Origin: Octopus bimaculoides
Taxonomy: Eukaryota
NCBI RefSeq assembly: GCF_001194135.2
Contig: NC_068994.1
Coordinates: 22,382,747-22,446,746 of the forward strand
Reading direction: 5' to 3'
Length of the DNA stretch: 64,000 nt
Position 1 is the stretch's first letter. The number at the start of each line of letters is the position of its first letter. Position numbers and translations under genes: made by a program. Positions 24,866 to 38,400 of this stretch are shown piece after piece. The notes under the pieces are model-generated. The model saw only the letters and a list, made by a program, of their open reading frames with translations. It was not told the DNA's origin and did no database searches.

Positions 24866-25021
24866 CAGGGGCGGACCCTGGAGGAGAGGGCTGAGGGGCA
24901 AGTTCCCCCTCAAGAAAAGAAGTGCGCCCTTCTAAATAATGTTATTACACCCTTTTCTCCTGGAATTGCATTCTCTTCTGACCTAGTGCCCTCCCTTCGA
25001 GAAATTCCTGGGACCGCGCCT
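24866..25021. mobile_element. Small GC-rich MITE, hAT-like termini
   Basis: CAGGGGCGGACCCTGG at the left and ...AAATTCCTGGGACCGCGCC at the right form imperfect TIRs; no clean TSD. Confidence 0.45.
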
Positions 25022-25558
25022 TCATATACCTTCATGTGGTGAATAAAGTGAGAGTCAACGATTTCAGGGAGTAGGCTTATGGATCACCAAATTCTTAAAA
25101 CGTTGTAACAGTAAGTTCATATTTATGTTTTTGAAGGTGGTGGACAATAAACGACCCCATTCTTTTTTTTTTTTTTCATAAGAATGAAGTGCATAGTGCA
25201 AAAAGAAAATTGAAAAAGTCCGTCCTGAGGCCAAGATTCAATATCAACTTCATTTATGTCTTCTGATATGTCAACAATTCTATTTCTCACAGAGCGTGCA
25301 TTTAATCAACAAAAATTAGCTGCTTGTGAGTTTAAGCCGTCTCTGTCATGACAGGCTACACAAAGTTTATTATTTACATTATTTTGATTGTAGGAAGCGC
25401 CAATGAAGTTGTGCAATGTGGTATAAAGACATTTATCATTTCACCGATGAAAATTTATCATGATCCTCAGAAATTTTATGTCGAATAGTGTACACAAAAT
25501 CAACAAAAGTCACTTTTCTCCTCTGCGACGTGTTATAACTATCAGTAACATCTTGCAA

Positions 25559-25722
25559 GGTAGGTACTTAAATACAGAGGTCCCTTAATGGTACTACTTA
25601 AATTCAGGTGTTGCGTAAAAAACATTATAAACGTATGCTGTGTGGACGTGTAATGACACCCTAACCCTCTCTTTCATATCGTTACGTAGATGCATCAAGA
25701 CCTCTCTATTTAAGTAGTGCCC
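25559..25722. mobile_element. About 165-bp MITE in EBP2 intron 1
   Basis: TACTTAAATACAGAGGTC on the left pairs with GACCTCTCTATTTAAGTA on the right; a third terminal-like motif lies near 25590. Confidence 0.6.
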
Positions 25723-26344
25723 ATGTCCAATAAGTGTCCATTGTAAAACGGCTGAGAATAATTAAAATTCGGCATTCCTTCGACAATGGTCTAACAGAGT
25801 GTCGGTGTGAGGAGACGAGAATTCTTGAAATATAGTCTTTCCTCAAACCAAATCACCCAAAGATGATTTTTATACAAAAATACCAAGAAGTTTTGGTTGA
25901 TGCATAAAAAAAAGAAAGAAAAAAACACAGAGCCACGAGTAGACAACAAATCCTAATTATCGAATGACAAAATTTGGTCATTTTAATCATGAAATATAAT
26001 TTTTGATCGCATAGAAATACGATTAAATAGTAATTAAACAAACCAACTTTAAGAAATGACAATCAGATTTCTCAAAATCATATTCCACCGTTTTAAGAAG
26101 GTTAAGGTGGTTCGAGTGCAATAGTTTTTATCAGAGATGTACTTAATTAATGTTTACAATATCTGAACAATATCTGTCTGGTTCTCAATTTAACATGTGT
26201 TCAGCGAAGTCGAAGTTGAACACGTGGTGTATGGATTCTGTTTTAAAATACCAAATGACAATGATACATACGTCACATCTTCTTTTGCTAGTTAATCTAC
26301 AAGTCTGTGACTATAATTAAATTAATATTGGAAATACAACTCAC

Positions 26345-26389
26345 CTCCTCATCAGAATCCGCACTATCAAAATCACTGTTGCCATCCAT
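26345..26389 (-). CDS. EBNA1BP2: EBP2 exon 1 (start): MDGNSDFDSADSDEE
   Basis: ATG at 26387-26389, acidic Ser/Asp N-terminus as in EBP2, gtgagt donor. The joined 9-exon CDS is 924 nt, i.e. 307 aa plus stop, all in frame. Confidence 0.85.
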
Positions 26390-26931
26390 AGTTACAGGTA
26401 AATAGAGTAAAGTACGAATGCTCACGAAGGATAAGAAATTGACATCATTTTATTCACCATCAATGCGAAGTTTGAATATGTCGTTAGTGAAACAAAAAGT
26501 CTTGGAAATATAATAACAAAGAAAATAATTATAGCAACAATATTAAATGTGAAAAATTACTTATTATTTTTATGATATTTTATGATAACATTTTCAACTA
26601 ATTGCTATTTCGTATCTTCGGATCTGAATACATTGATACACTCTGCATGGCTTCAATCCACTTTCTTTTATGTAGAAACATTAATTCTAGTTCTAATTCG
26701 ATATATGTTGCTTTCTTATTTTTATTTTTATTACTTATTTCATTCATTAGACTGAGAGCATCGCCTTGAAGGGTTTAGTCAAATAAATAGACCACAGTAC
26801 TTTTTTTTAAAAGCCTGGTACCTATACTTATGGATTCTTTTGTCTAACTGCAAAATTATGGAGTCGTAAACAAACCAGCACCGGTGATGGAAGACAAACA
26901 CAAATACACACATGCACACAGTACTTATTTT

Positions 26932-27967
26932 GGATCTTTTCCTTTTAGCCGGCACATAGAAAAAATAATTTTTTGTAACTAAACACTTTCAAATTTCGTA
27001 TACTGGTAGAATGTATCATTTAAAACATCATTTACTCTTGGCGTTTTAAAGGAAATTCTTCATTTTCGAAGTTATTTCGTGTTAACGTCGTCATATTTCG
27101 GTAATTTCAACCAATCAATGACGTCTATTGAGGTGATAACAATTACTGCTGTGGTTTGTCAACAAGACGTTCTGGCGGTGTAAATGTAATTTGTCACTGT
27201 TATTTCTGATATATTTACATTTGAGATACACGTGTATATAGTTTAATCAATTCAGTTATTAGTTATTTAAAAAAAAATTTCAGTTTATTTTGTTTGTGGA
27301 AGTATTGTCGTTTGTGGAAGTATAGTCGTTTTGTTTAGCGTTTTCGAAATTGCCTATTTTGGGATCTTTTCCTCTGAATAAAATTACTGCCGTTATCTGT
27401 CAACAAAAAACTATCGGCGGTAAATATTTCGTTTGTCACTGTTATTTATGACATCGCTCGTGCGTTTGTACTGGTTTTAGCTTTAGGGTCAGGGTTAGGG
27501 TTAGGGTTTTAGGTTTAGAGTTGCGGAAAAATGGAGAAATGGAGGGAGCAAAAATGTCTTTCTGAAAATAGCTGAAAAAAACCCTAACCTAACTCTAACT
27601 CTAAAACCCTATCCCTAACCCTAACTCTGAAACTCGAACCCTAACCCTAAAACCCTAAAGCTAAAACCAGTACAAACGCATGAACGGTGTCATAAATAAC
27701 AGTGACAAAGTACAGTCACAGCGCCAGAACGTCTTGTGGACAAACCACAGCAGTAATTGTTTTCACCTCAATAGATGTCATTGATTGGTTGAAATTACGG
27801 AAATACGACAACTTTAACACGCAATAACTTCGAAAATGAAGAATTTTCTTAAAAACGCCAAGAGTAAATAATGTTTTAAATGATACATTCTACCAGTATA
27901 CGAAATTTGAAAGTGTTTAGTTACAAAAAATTATTTTTTCTATGTGCTGGCCAAAAGGAAAAGATCC
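26932..27967. mobile_element. 1036-bp non-autonomous foldback DNA transposon (Merlin- or MULE-like) with about 275-bp TIRs, 8-bp TSD and internal telomeric repeats
   Basis: GGATCTTTTCCTTTT... at 26932 and ...AAAAGGAAAAGATCC at 27967; CTTATTTT duplicated at 26924-26931 and 27968-27975; inserted into a SINE-A remnant. Confidence 0.88.
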
Positions 27968-28109
27968 CTTATTTTTTTAAGGCCTGGTACTTTATCGGTA
28001 ACTTTTGCCGAACTACTGTTACAGGGATGTAAACACACCAGCACTGGTTGACAAGCGATGGTGGTGGTGGGGCAAACAGACACAAATATTAAATAGTCTT
28101 TTAATATTG

Positions 28110-31100
28110 TTCAACTATTTGATATTCTGTAAACTTCCCAGTGTGTTCACATTTCCTGGAAGTTTATTCTCAATTTCATCGTTGAGTTGGTTGACTTAGT
28201 CGTTGTTCGTTGTTAGGATAGCTCTTGAAGGCATAAGTTGTTCATTTCCATAATGTGTTGCTTGAACAGCACCAAACCAACTCTTCCTTGGAATTCACTG
28301 TTTGGAAGGACTGAATAACAACGGCATCTGAGAAAGGTATATCAGTATTAACAGTATTTGTAATCCTTCCTTCGCCTGGTTCCAGCAACCAGTTTGCATG
28401 GTTGGGTGTCTGAAATTAAATGTAGAAAAAATCGTTTTTTTTTTCAAGCAATCAAAAACGTGCATATTGCTTGCCATATGCAAAATTTCATTTCGACTCC
28501 AAATGGAAGACAGTTTCATGTATGCATCAATTACCGAAAAGTTAAGCTCTACTAGGTGAATTTGCCGAAAAATTTCCACTGAGGACAAATGATTTCCCTC
28601 AAGAAGTTGCTTGTTATTCATTACATGTCAAAGCGTGTAATTCAAAGCTTTGAGATGTCGGTTTGTACATTGGGGCTTTGTCCCACACTGAACATCGTAT
28701 AGAAGGCGACTAGCTGCATCATGAGGAAATATATAACTGGTTTCTCACTAAACTGGGGAAAATGAAGAGAGAATGGGTAGTCCATCCGAGCTTCAAAAGT
28801 GTTATTGCAATGCTTGATGAAGCTGTAGCATTCATCGGCCATTTTTGTGAACATAGAACAGTAACAAATTCAACAGAAAAGTTTTGCCTGTTTTTCCAGG
28901 TGCATCATTAAATATCAGGCCACCCTCATTGTTGTCAATTTTTTTTCTATTGATTGACTCAAAAGTGATCCTCTGCTTGTATTCAGAATTGTAATGAGGC
29001 TTAGAATGAAAACCTCACAACTTTAGTAGCAAGACCCAGACCACACGTCCTAGTTATTGGTCATCAACTTGCTGGAATATCACCCCAAATTAGAGAGTGT
29101 CTTAAAGTGTTCCAGGAGTTCCCGCACTTTTCTAGTTATATAAGCACAATGCGTGTGGACAAATCAGAGAGCGGCGAATTTTGGAAGCACAAACAACAAG
29201 CCCATCAACAAGTTTTTCTTGGATGAAGTTCATCCCTGAGTTAAAAGGAATTCTTCAACTAGAGTGGGCAAGCATTATTCCTGCCTCTCACGCAGAACTA
29301 ATCCCCTTCTGTTGGTATTTTCATTACAACTGCTCCAGTTCTAAGACACTACATTACAGGACTGGCTAACTATCACGTAACTATGTAAATATTGTAATTT
29401 ACATCATTAAAAAAATGTAATTTCAACAACATTCATAGTTGGTTTATTATTGGACAACACGCAGCTAAACAAATACCCATTCACCCAGTACAGCAGAGTA
29501 TATTTATGTGATCATTGTAATAGACTTCAGCTGAAGGATCTATTTCATTTGGTTTAACAGGTACATTTTGTTGGTGGTGGTCAGTAGCTAGCAAACCATA
29601 ACCAACTGTTGAAAGCTCATATCCAATGGTTTGGTTATCCGGTTCATAGAACATGTCATTAATGGCAGCTTTTCCCCCATCCTTTTCTATGGTCGATATT
29701 TCTCTTATGTGATGTAAAAAGTTTCTAATAAGGTTGTGAAATTTAGAAGTGGAGAAAGAGAGCAGAAATGATAACTGTGGTGAGCTTGGCAGAAACGTTA
29801 GCACACAGGGCGAAATGCTTAGCGGTATTTCGTCTGCCGCGTTCTGAGTTCAAATTCCGCCGAGGTCGACTTTGCCTTTCATCCTTTCGGGGTCGATTAA
29901 ATAAGTACCAGTTATGCACTGGGGTCGATATAATCAACTTAATCCGTTTGTCTATCCTTGTTTCTCCCCTCTGTGTGTAGCCCCTTGTAGGCAGTAAAGA
30001 AATGAGAAATGAGAACTGCAACGAATAAATTTCTGAGCTGGTCAGCAGATTGAATTACTACTGTTTCATTATGCACATTTGCTATTCTCAATCATTCTCA
30101 AAGAGATTCAGTACTTGGCACACATGTTTAAAATTTTCTGCGGATTACATTGTCGACTGTAAGCAAATCACGAAAACTTGCAGCTCCAGTTCTGTGATGA
30201 AGCAATAATCTCAAATACAAGAGTTCTTCCAACAACAGATAGACATTGTATACTCCTTTGATGGTCTCAAATATTAATTTTGATTGTATTTTCCTTCTTC
30301 GCAAGTCTTATTCGATGATTACTACATATGTTAAGGGAAATTGCTGCATGTGAGATTTTCCGTTTCTGATTCTTTGGGGTTTCATTAAAGTAAGGAGTGA
30401 GTTTAGTTAATTGAGTTATTTGAAGGGTATTTTTTGCGTTGTTTGGATCAAAAATTATTTGTCATTCATTGGGCATGTAAAATTCTACAGAAGGATTCCC
30501 CACTGCCTCTCTTTGCTGAATAGGGAATTTGAAAAGTCTCAAATATGATTTAGATGCTCATATTTAATTTCATCTTGTTGATTTGCATTGCCGATATCAA
30601 AATGAATTCATTTTCTTTTAAACAAGATTGTTGAACTGTCTGTCCTGCAATGATTGCATATACCAGATCGTCATGCAGGCCTGCATGTAAGGCTTTTGAT
30701 TATTTCAAATATACTGCAAGTGAGCAGATTGGACTTGAAGATTCCACTGATTGTTTTCTGATCGGAACTTGCTTATCAATATTCTACCAGTTTGACGAGT
30801 TTCTTCATCACTACCATGTATCAGTACAGCAATGTCATAGCATATAGGCAAGTTATATCTTCTGGATTGTTCATCATCTGACATTTTGCCATCCTGTGAT
30901 TCAAAAGCAATATTTTCTGGTATTGTGCTAGCATCAATTTGTTCATGAACAGACAAGAATGGTTGCAGATAAAAAGTACCTGAAACTATAGCAGAATACG
31001 GTGTATAGAAAATATCAGCATTGACAGTTTCCTTTCAATTATCTACAGCCACTCTCTGCATACACTGCCAAATTTTTTTCCCCAGAATTGAAAAAGTAAG

Positions 31101-31250
31101 CCATATAAAAGCTCTCACATTCATGAATATGCATGTGTATGTTAGTAATATTTGAGGTAGGCAATGAATGTCGAAGGGAACTTTTTAGAATAATTTTTTC
31201 CGTAATGTTAACGTAACATTTCAGTGAAATACCTTTGCCCAAATCGCCTT
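28110..31250 (-). mobile_element. Decayed, internally deleted Helitron RepHel element
   Basis: Minus frames give RRYNLPICYDIAVLI (Rep N-terminus), YLRLLLHHRTGAASFRDLLTVDN, DAPGKTGKTFLL (Walker A), ASSSIAITLLKLGWTTHS, and RAILTTNND.VNQLNDEIENKLPG (PIF1 helicase motifs) in the correct order. Confidence 0.85.
29779..30003 (+). mobile_element. SINE family C inserted in the Helitron remnant
   Basis: Head GGTGAGCTTGGCAGAAACGTTAGC...GAGTTCAAATTCC; core GACTTTGCCTTTCATCCTTTCGGGGTCGATTAAATAAGTACC (Meta-domain-like from recall, unverified); CpGs retained. Confidence 0.8.
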
Positions 31251-34200
31251 ATATATAAACTAAGTGGTGAATGATAAATTTCAGTGACTGATTTTCATTT
31301 ATGATAAAGAATGTTTTCATGACCTCTATATTCTAATTTCATAATCATTGAACATTAATGTCTATTTTAGTGGGTAATGATATGTCTATGTTAGAAATAG
31401 CAGAATTAACTGTTTTATGAACAGACCTTTTGGTAAAGTAGTTTACTCACCTCAAAAATAAATAGTTTCAAATAGCTGGGAACTGCATTCAAAATAACGT
31501 TTACAGCAGAAGTAACTCTTCCACATAGTGAAATACTTAGTAAATCTGTTGCTATTTTTATTACCTTTTCCTTCTTTCCCAAAAGAAAAATAAACTAAAC
31601 CAAAGCTAAAACACAAATCTTATTTTACCTTATGTTGCATATGGGAATTCAATGAATAAATTCATCTTTTTTTTTCTTAAAAAAAAAAGTTTTATTTTTG
31701 CGGGCGGCAATTAGTAGAATTGTTAGAGCATTGGAAAGAAAACCCTGCAGTATTTGTTGCAACTCTTTGCGCTATGAGTTCATGTCTGCCAACATCAAAT
31801 TTCTTTTTTTTTACCTTTCAACCTATTGACGTCGATAAAAACAACGAACAGGATGTTGAACTGGAGAGACTAAAAAAAATCCTTCAAATATTTTGAAAAT
31901 CATCTTGATCTCAGCAAATGGCGGACATGTGGAGAAACACGTCCCTTATAGTAAAGACTAGCCAAGTAATTGATCATTTCTAATTGACAGCTTGATTATT
32001 TGTTGGAATTATCAATTAATCAATTGATTTGTCCTTTCGTTGCCATCGCGACCTCATTAATAAAGTGCTCTTGTTACTCCAGATCCGGCACGTTGTCTCC
32101 AACCTTTTGTAACTGTATTTATACATTTGGGATGTGTGTATGAGTGATAAGCGTATGTGCGGTTGAGTTGTTTTTAATTGTGTGTGTCCAGGTGTATACG
32201 CTGAAGTGTATAATCCTTGCCCTGGGAAGCAAAGTCTGAGTAAAATGGAGCCTGGGCTGGACACAGTATGTGTAACAAGAGGAGGATAGATGAATGAATC
32301 GAGAGGTGACATGAGACTAGCCAGCTCCAAGGATCAGAGGCTACAAAAAGCAGAGCCGTGACAGCATGTTAGAGTGTATTGGTGGGCAAATTGGACCCAT
32401 TCAGATGGGTGGTATTTTTTTAAGTGGTCTAGAATATGTGTATGTGTAGCAGCAAACCAGTAACATATGAGAGCAGCGTTTTGTTGAGAGTCAATATGTG
32501 GGGTGAAATATTTTTTGGTTGTGAAGAGGAAGACCAGTCTTAGCAACGATGGTAAAGTATAGCATTTCAGTGGCCCCCAAGCCTCTAGTTACATGTTTTT
32601 ATTTATTTATTTATTGTTGGGTGTATGATATTATGGATATCTCATAGTTTAGACTTCAGTTAAAAAATAACTGATCTGATCTTTGTTCATGTGTGGTATT
32701 TGTATGAAAACATCCGTCTTTATATTAATGGTTCCGGCTGTGACTACCTCTGGTCTTTTAAAGCCCAAATCTCCCTTAAAATACAGCTTACCATCTTTTT
32801 TTTTTTTTTTTTTTGGATAATGTAGTCAAGATTAGATTGCTCAAAAAATAAAATCTGGGATGGTAACGGATGAAATGTCCTCGGGTCATAACTCTGCTAA
32901 ATCAGAATTGACCAAGGAGTGACCAATTTGCAACTGATTTGTGTGTGTAGATGTACTACTGTTGGCCATCATGCTTGAAGTAGCAGCTTTATTTCTCGTC
33001 AATGCATAAATTTCGTTGTTGAAATCTGTGTGTGGTATGTTTGGCTTGACTTCATTATTCTATTTATATTTCCTTATAGACACATATCTCTAAAGAAATA
33101 TGCATCATCTTTAAGCAATTACCTGAATGTATAAGTAACCATATGCAGTTACATGCATGCTTTTGTCTGTGTTTATATTATAAATCGCCATATAATAAAC
33201 TGACTAAAAATCCCAATATTTTATAGTACCATCTTTCCAATCCAAACCTTTCTGAAATTCCCAGTTTAGAAATACTGGAAAAAGCAAATTACTAACACCA
33301 ACTCGTACTTCTACTGTGTGACATCGAACTGCATTATCTAGAAACATGCTTTTGTAAACCCTGACAAGGCACAAAGACCAACTTTATATACAATGCATCT
33401 CGATTAGTCACACATTTATCATACCTAGAATATTATATATCTGTTTACACCTTTACTTTCACATCTGACTGGACCGTAAATAATAAAATTCCACTACCAA
33501 ACCAGCTCAATTCTAACCACATTAACTATATTTTTCAACCCATATCCTACAAACACTTTTCCCCTATTATTCTCTATTTTCCCTGACTACCTACATCACA
33601 CCTAGTTCTCATACATATTTACCTACCTAAGAAAAACCAGAAAGAACAAAAATAAATTATAGTCTCATGTTGGCAAGCAAACTGAAACTTCGAAGTCATT
33701 AGCTCAGTTTTTCTAGTAAAAATTACACACACACACACACACACAGAGTTGTTCTTCAGCTTACACAATCGATTGGTTCTATAAATCACCAAAACAGATA
33801 AAAATGTAAAACGAGGGACAATTGTATATGAACATGTGTATCTATTCATTATATAAATGTATCCTGAGTAGTAGTAAAGCTTTCTTATCTTAAATAACCT
33901 AAGGCATAGCACTTTAGAGTTATTTCCATGCCTCAGTATGAGAGACCTTTTGGTTACATATAGAAGCATGAATCTCATCTTCATTTTGTTTTGCTCACTC
34001 CTTGTCAAATCCACTGGAATCGTAGTTACATTGTCTTTACTTACTACTTGGATATTTATATGAAACATTTTTATTTAAGTTCACACAAACACTGATTGTA
34101 GCTATTATGAAATTTTAAGTAGAAACTGAGCATTCTGAGAGTTTAACAACTTCATTTAAATGAACTGAGATGCACCATATATATTGTATGTATGTCTATT

Positions 34201-34679
34201 TACAACATATAGTAGGTCTTTTTTTTTTTTAGTTAAATTACAACTGGCTGAGTATTCTGTAAATATTTCACTGCCTTCACTTCATTTTTCATTTTGCTCA
34301 CTTCACATAAATCTGACATGAATGATAGCATCCTGCCAGTTTTCCCACATATCAATAACACAGAAAGATCGTGTTTATATTCTTAGTTGACCCACAGTGA
34401 AGCTTTTTGATATTTAAATATATTTCAGTTATTCTGAGTTACAATGTGTTGTACATAAAATAGTTTAATTTTTGATGAGGTGTCAAAAGGACGAAAATAC
34501 ACAAATTAGGCTATCCACTAATGTGCTAGCCTAATTTACAACAGTATTATATAGCAGTTGACCTTGTGTTGGGTATGTATTCTCTGAAGAGTGACCAATA
34601 AACTGTGAAATAGTCTGTCAGGAGCCTTCTTTGCTCTTTTTTCCACACAACAGTAACATAGAAGAATTTGCTTATATTC

Positions 34680-35400
34680 TTAGTTCAAGATTTTTTTAAA
34701 TCTCCAGCTGGTTATGATTGAGTAGCATGGCATTGTAAACTTTGGCAGATATGGCAGTGAGAGTACTTCCCGGTAAATTTTGGTGACACCGAGATCTCCC
34801 TTCTTTGGAAATGGAAGGATGCATCTCTTACTCCATTTCTCTATATGGTTTTGATGGTACACAACATCGAAGAAGAATGTCATTGTATTTCCATTTTCCA
34901 AACTTCAGGTGGGATTTCGCCCAGACTAGCTGCCTTTCTGTTCTTCAACGTTCTTAGAGAGAAATTTGTATGTTATTCATTGAAGAACCGCATACATACT
35001 TCTCCCCAAGAACATCTCAATTTTCTCTGGTACACTGTCAAGCAAAGCAGAACACTTCATCACTCTGATGTTCATGTCACTGAACATGTATAGACTTCTT
35101 TTCTGTCTCCCCCCATTGCTTCATTTTTAGCTATTTGGTATTTTTCTCTACTGCCCTCTTTCTTTCAGGCCTTCCACATGTCTCTTTTGCTATTATGGTG
35201 CTCTCAACAATATTGTTCTACCACTACATTACCTTGCATTTGGTTGGGATGTTGCACCAGTCACAAGTCTGGTCTGTCACACCTAGGAAACTGTCCCATA
35301 AAAACTGTCAGTCTTGCTCTATGTTACAAGCCTCTATCTCCTCCTCCATGCTATAAGTGTCAATCTTTTGGGTTTGTGTTGAAATAGTTCTTATTCATTG
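34680..35400 (-). mobile_element. Decayed LINE RT fragment of a second RTE-like family
   Basis: WSKRCILPFPKKGDLG...YR...KF matches the W.K..I.P.PKKGD...NYR.I.L RT domain-1 motif. Confidence 0.7.
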
Positions 35401-38400
35401 TTCTAACCACTAATCTATGTTGGATTGTACATTCTTCACTGGGGAAATATTTAGCATTTACAATAATCCATCTATCTTGCTTCCTGGTAAGAATAAAATT
35501 TTTCTGGCTTCAGTACTCACCTGATTAGAAGGTAAGTATTCAGGTGTCTGGGTGGTTTCCTGAAGTTTATGTAGCATCTCAGATCACTTGATTCAAAGAA
35601 CTCCAGGAATCTCAATTCCTCACTGTTCATATTCTATCTAAAGTTACTATACTGTACAGATATATTTGATATTTATAGAATGACAATACTGGAAAACATC
35701 CCAAAGTAAGGATATTGTTTGAAACTAATAAAGTATCGTCAAAGCTTACTTTTTTTACTGATACTCCGCCGGTTACACTGAGTGTTCCAGTTGCTTCAAT
35801 CAATTCAAAAGCCTGCTTCAGAGCTGAACGTTTAAGTGGCTGAGTACTTCACAGACATGCATACATTTAACATAGTTCTCAGGGAGATTCAGCATGACAA
35901 TGTGACCAGGGTGATCTTTTGAATTACAAATACAACTCATTTTTGCCAGCTGAGAGAATTGGAGCAATGTGAAATAAAGTGTTTTGCTCAAGGATACAAT
36001 GCACCACTGGGAATCGAACTTATGACCTTACAACCGTGAGCCAAATACCCTAACTACATCAAAGCTTAAATTGAAGAAAAGCTCCACAATTCCAATGTTT
36101 GAAAGCCTTCAGACCTGAATATTATCACCTATTCTGATATCATTTATGACAGTGGTTTTATTATAGTTGTTGGAGGGACATCCAGCTGTAGAAACCAAGT
36201 CAAAATAGACTATGCCAATCACTTTACAGAGTGTACTGAGTGAATTTTATGTGGCACCAGAACCAGCAGGGTCACCAAGTAACTTAGGAGAGGGAGTGGA
36301 ACCAAGGGAAGTGGTTTTGTGGCAGAATATAACAGAGGGATACAGAGAGGAGATACTTGGCTACCCCAGTAGGAAAAGAAAGAAGGAAGGAAAGATAGAG
36401 AGACAGTCAGAGAGAGAGAGAGAAAGACACAGATTGTGTTGGATATGCACTGGGAGCTACCCACAGGGAACAGTGGAGGGAGTACAAGTGGAATAGAGGG
36501 GGACATTACTTGTAGTCATCTTAAGTTCCTTGACTCTCATTAGTGATTATCATCTTAGAGCTTATGTAGCAAAAATAAAAGAAAAGATGATCAATAAGGC
36601 AGTTAAGAGTGGATTAGGAGTCTTGAGTACATTTCAGTCTAACAAAGTCAGGATCTTCCTCTGAGATTTTGAAGACTACTAATGACTACTGTCTGTGCTT
36701 TTAAGAACATTGGAATTTTGGATATTGAGTCTCACAGAGGTGATGACAAGTGACTGAGACTTCTGGCGAATTGCTGTGCTTGAAAAGACATGTCAAGCTA
36801 AGTGAAACTTTGTTCATGGTCAGTTACAGTGACACATGAAAGGCACTCGTCGGTGATAAGTAAGAGGCACCCATGCCAGTGGTACGTAAAAGGTATCCAG
36901 TACTCTGTAAAGAGATTGGCATTAGAAAGGACATCCAGCCATAGAAACCAAGCCAAAACAGAATGGAGCTTAGTTTGCTCTCTGGCTTACCATTTAACCC
37001 ATGTCAGCATGGAAAACGGACGTTAAATGATGATGATGAAATTTTGGAGATTTTCAGTCTGTTACCATTTTCTTATTGACACTTTGTACAAGGAACTCTG
37101 AATTGTTACATGATGTTTTGCTAGAATCATCAGATGAAACTGCAAACCTGATAAGGAATCAGTAATATTGAATCAGGAAAAAATGGCATCTGCAAAACAC
37201 AGGCTTTTTTTTTTATAACAAAGCAATATATATAATATGAAGAGTTAGAAACTTTCACAGTGATGCTATGTTAAAACACATCCAGTACACACTGTGAAAA
37301 GGTTTGTAATAGAAATGGCATCCCAACCACAGAAACCATGCCAGAAGACCCACCCACCACAACAAAACTGAGATCCTAAAACCAAGGTACCATGTAAAAA
37401 GCATTGATTGTGGGTGATGGTACCACATAAAAAAAGCATCCAACACCACTTTGTAAAGTGGTTGGCATTAGGAAGGGCATCCAGTTGCAGAAACCAAGCC
37501 AAAACAGACTATGGAACCTGGTGCGGCCCCTGGCATTACCAGTTCCTGTCAAGCCGTCCAGCACAGAAAACAGATGTTAAATGATGATGATGTTTGCTCC
37601 AAATGAACGGACAAAAGTGAGAAATTTCTCATTAATTTTCTTTGTTGCCACGTATGTGCTAGTTGATACAGGCTGTAACAAACAATAAAATGTCTTGAAA
37701 GATGCTCAATGAACCGCCCACCCCCCGAATTAACTTAAAATTACAGTGACATCTAAACATTATTATATGAATATTAGTGTTACAAACTTACAAATTTTAA
37801 GACTTCCATTTTTACCAAAACTACCCCAATGTACTAATCAAGATATACACTTCCATCACTGAACCTATTCATGAAATCTATTTAACTCTAAGAAATAACC
37901 TTAATAATGTAAATGTTATGTTCATCTCTTATCTTTTATCTGTTTCAGTCATTAGACTGTGACCATGGTGGGGCACCACCTTGAAGAGTTTTTAGCTAAA
38001 CAAATCGACCCCGGTACTTTTTTTTAAGCCTGGTGGTGAGGGAACAAACACAGTCACAAAGGCACACACACACATATATATATATATACATGAAGAGTTT
38101 TTTTCTTCGGATTTTGTCTACCAAATCTGCTCACAAGGCTTTGGTTGGCCTGAGGGTGTAGTAGAAGACACTTGCCCAAGATGTCACACAGTAGGACTGA
38201 ACGATGTGGCTGGGAAGCAAGCTTCTTACAACAAAGCTATGCCTGCACGGCACGTAAATAGTACCATTTGAGCGGGATTGTTACCAGCGTCGCCTTCCTG
38301 GCACTTGTNNNNNNNNNNATAGTACCATTTGAGCGTGATTGTTACCAGCGTCGCCTTCCTGGCACTTGTGCTGGTGGCACATGAAAAGACATTCGAGTGA

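Noticed and set aside
25648-25670. ACCCTAACCCT, an 11-nt telomerase-RNA-template-like sequence in EBP2 intron 1
   Set aside because: It lies inside a small TIR element (25559-25722). I could not find a convincing pseudoknot, CR4/5 or H/ACA domain, and similar telomeric words occur in other repeats here.
32016-32546. Two adjacent minus-strand ORFs (104 and 70 aa)
   Set aside because: No recognisable domain, splice architecture or codon pattern; probably an unclassified repeat remnant.
38259-38368. Apparent 50-bp tandem duplication
   Set aside because: The two copies flank a 10-N gap, so this is most likely overlapping contig ends (assembly artefact).
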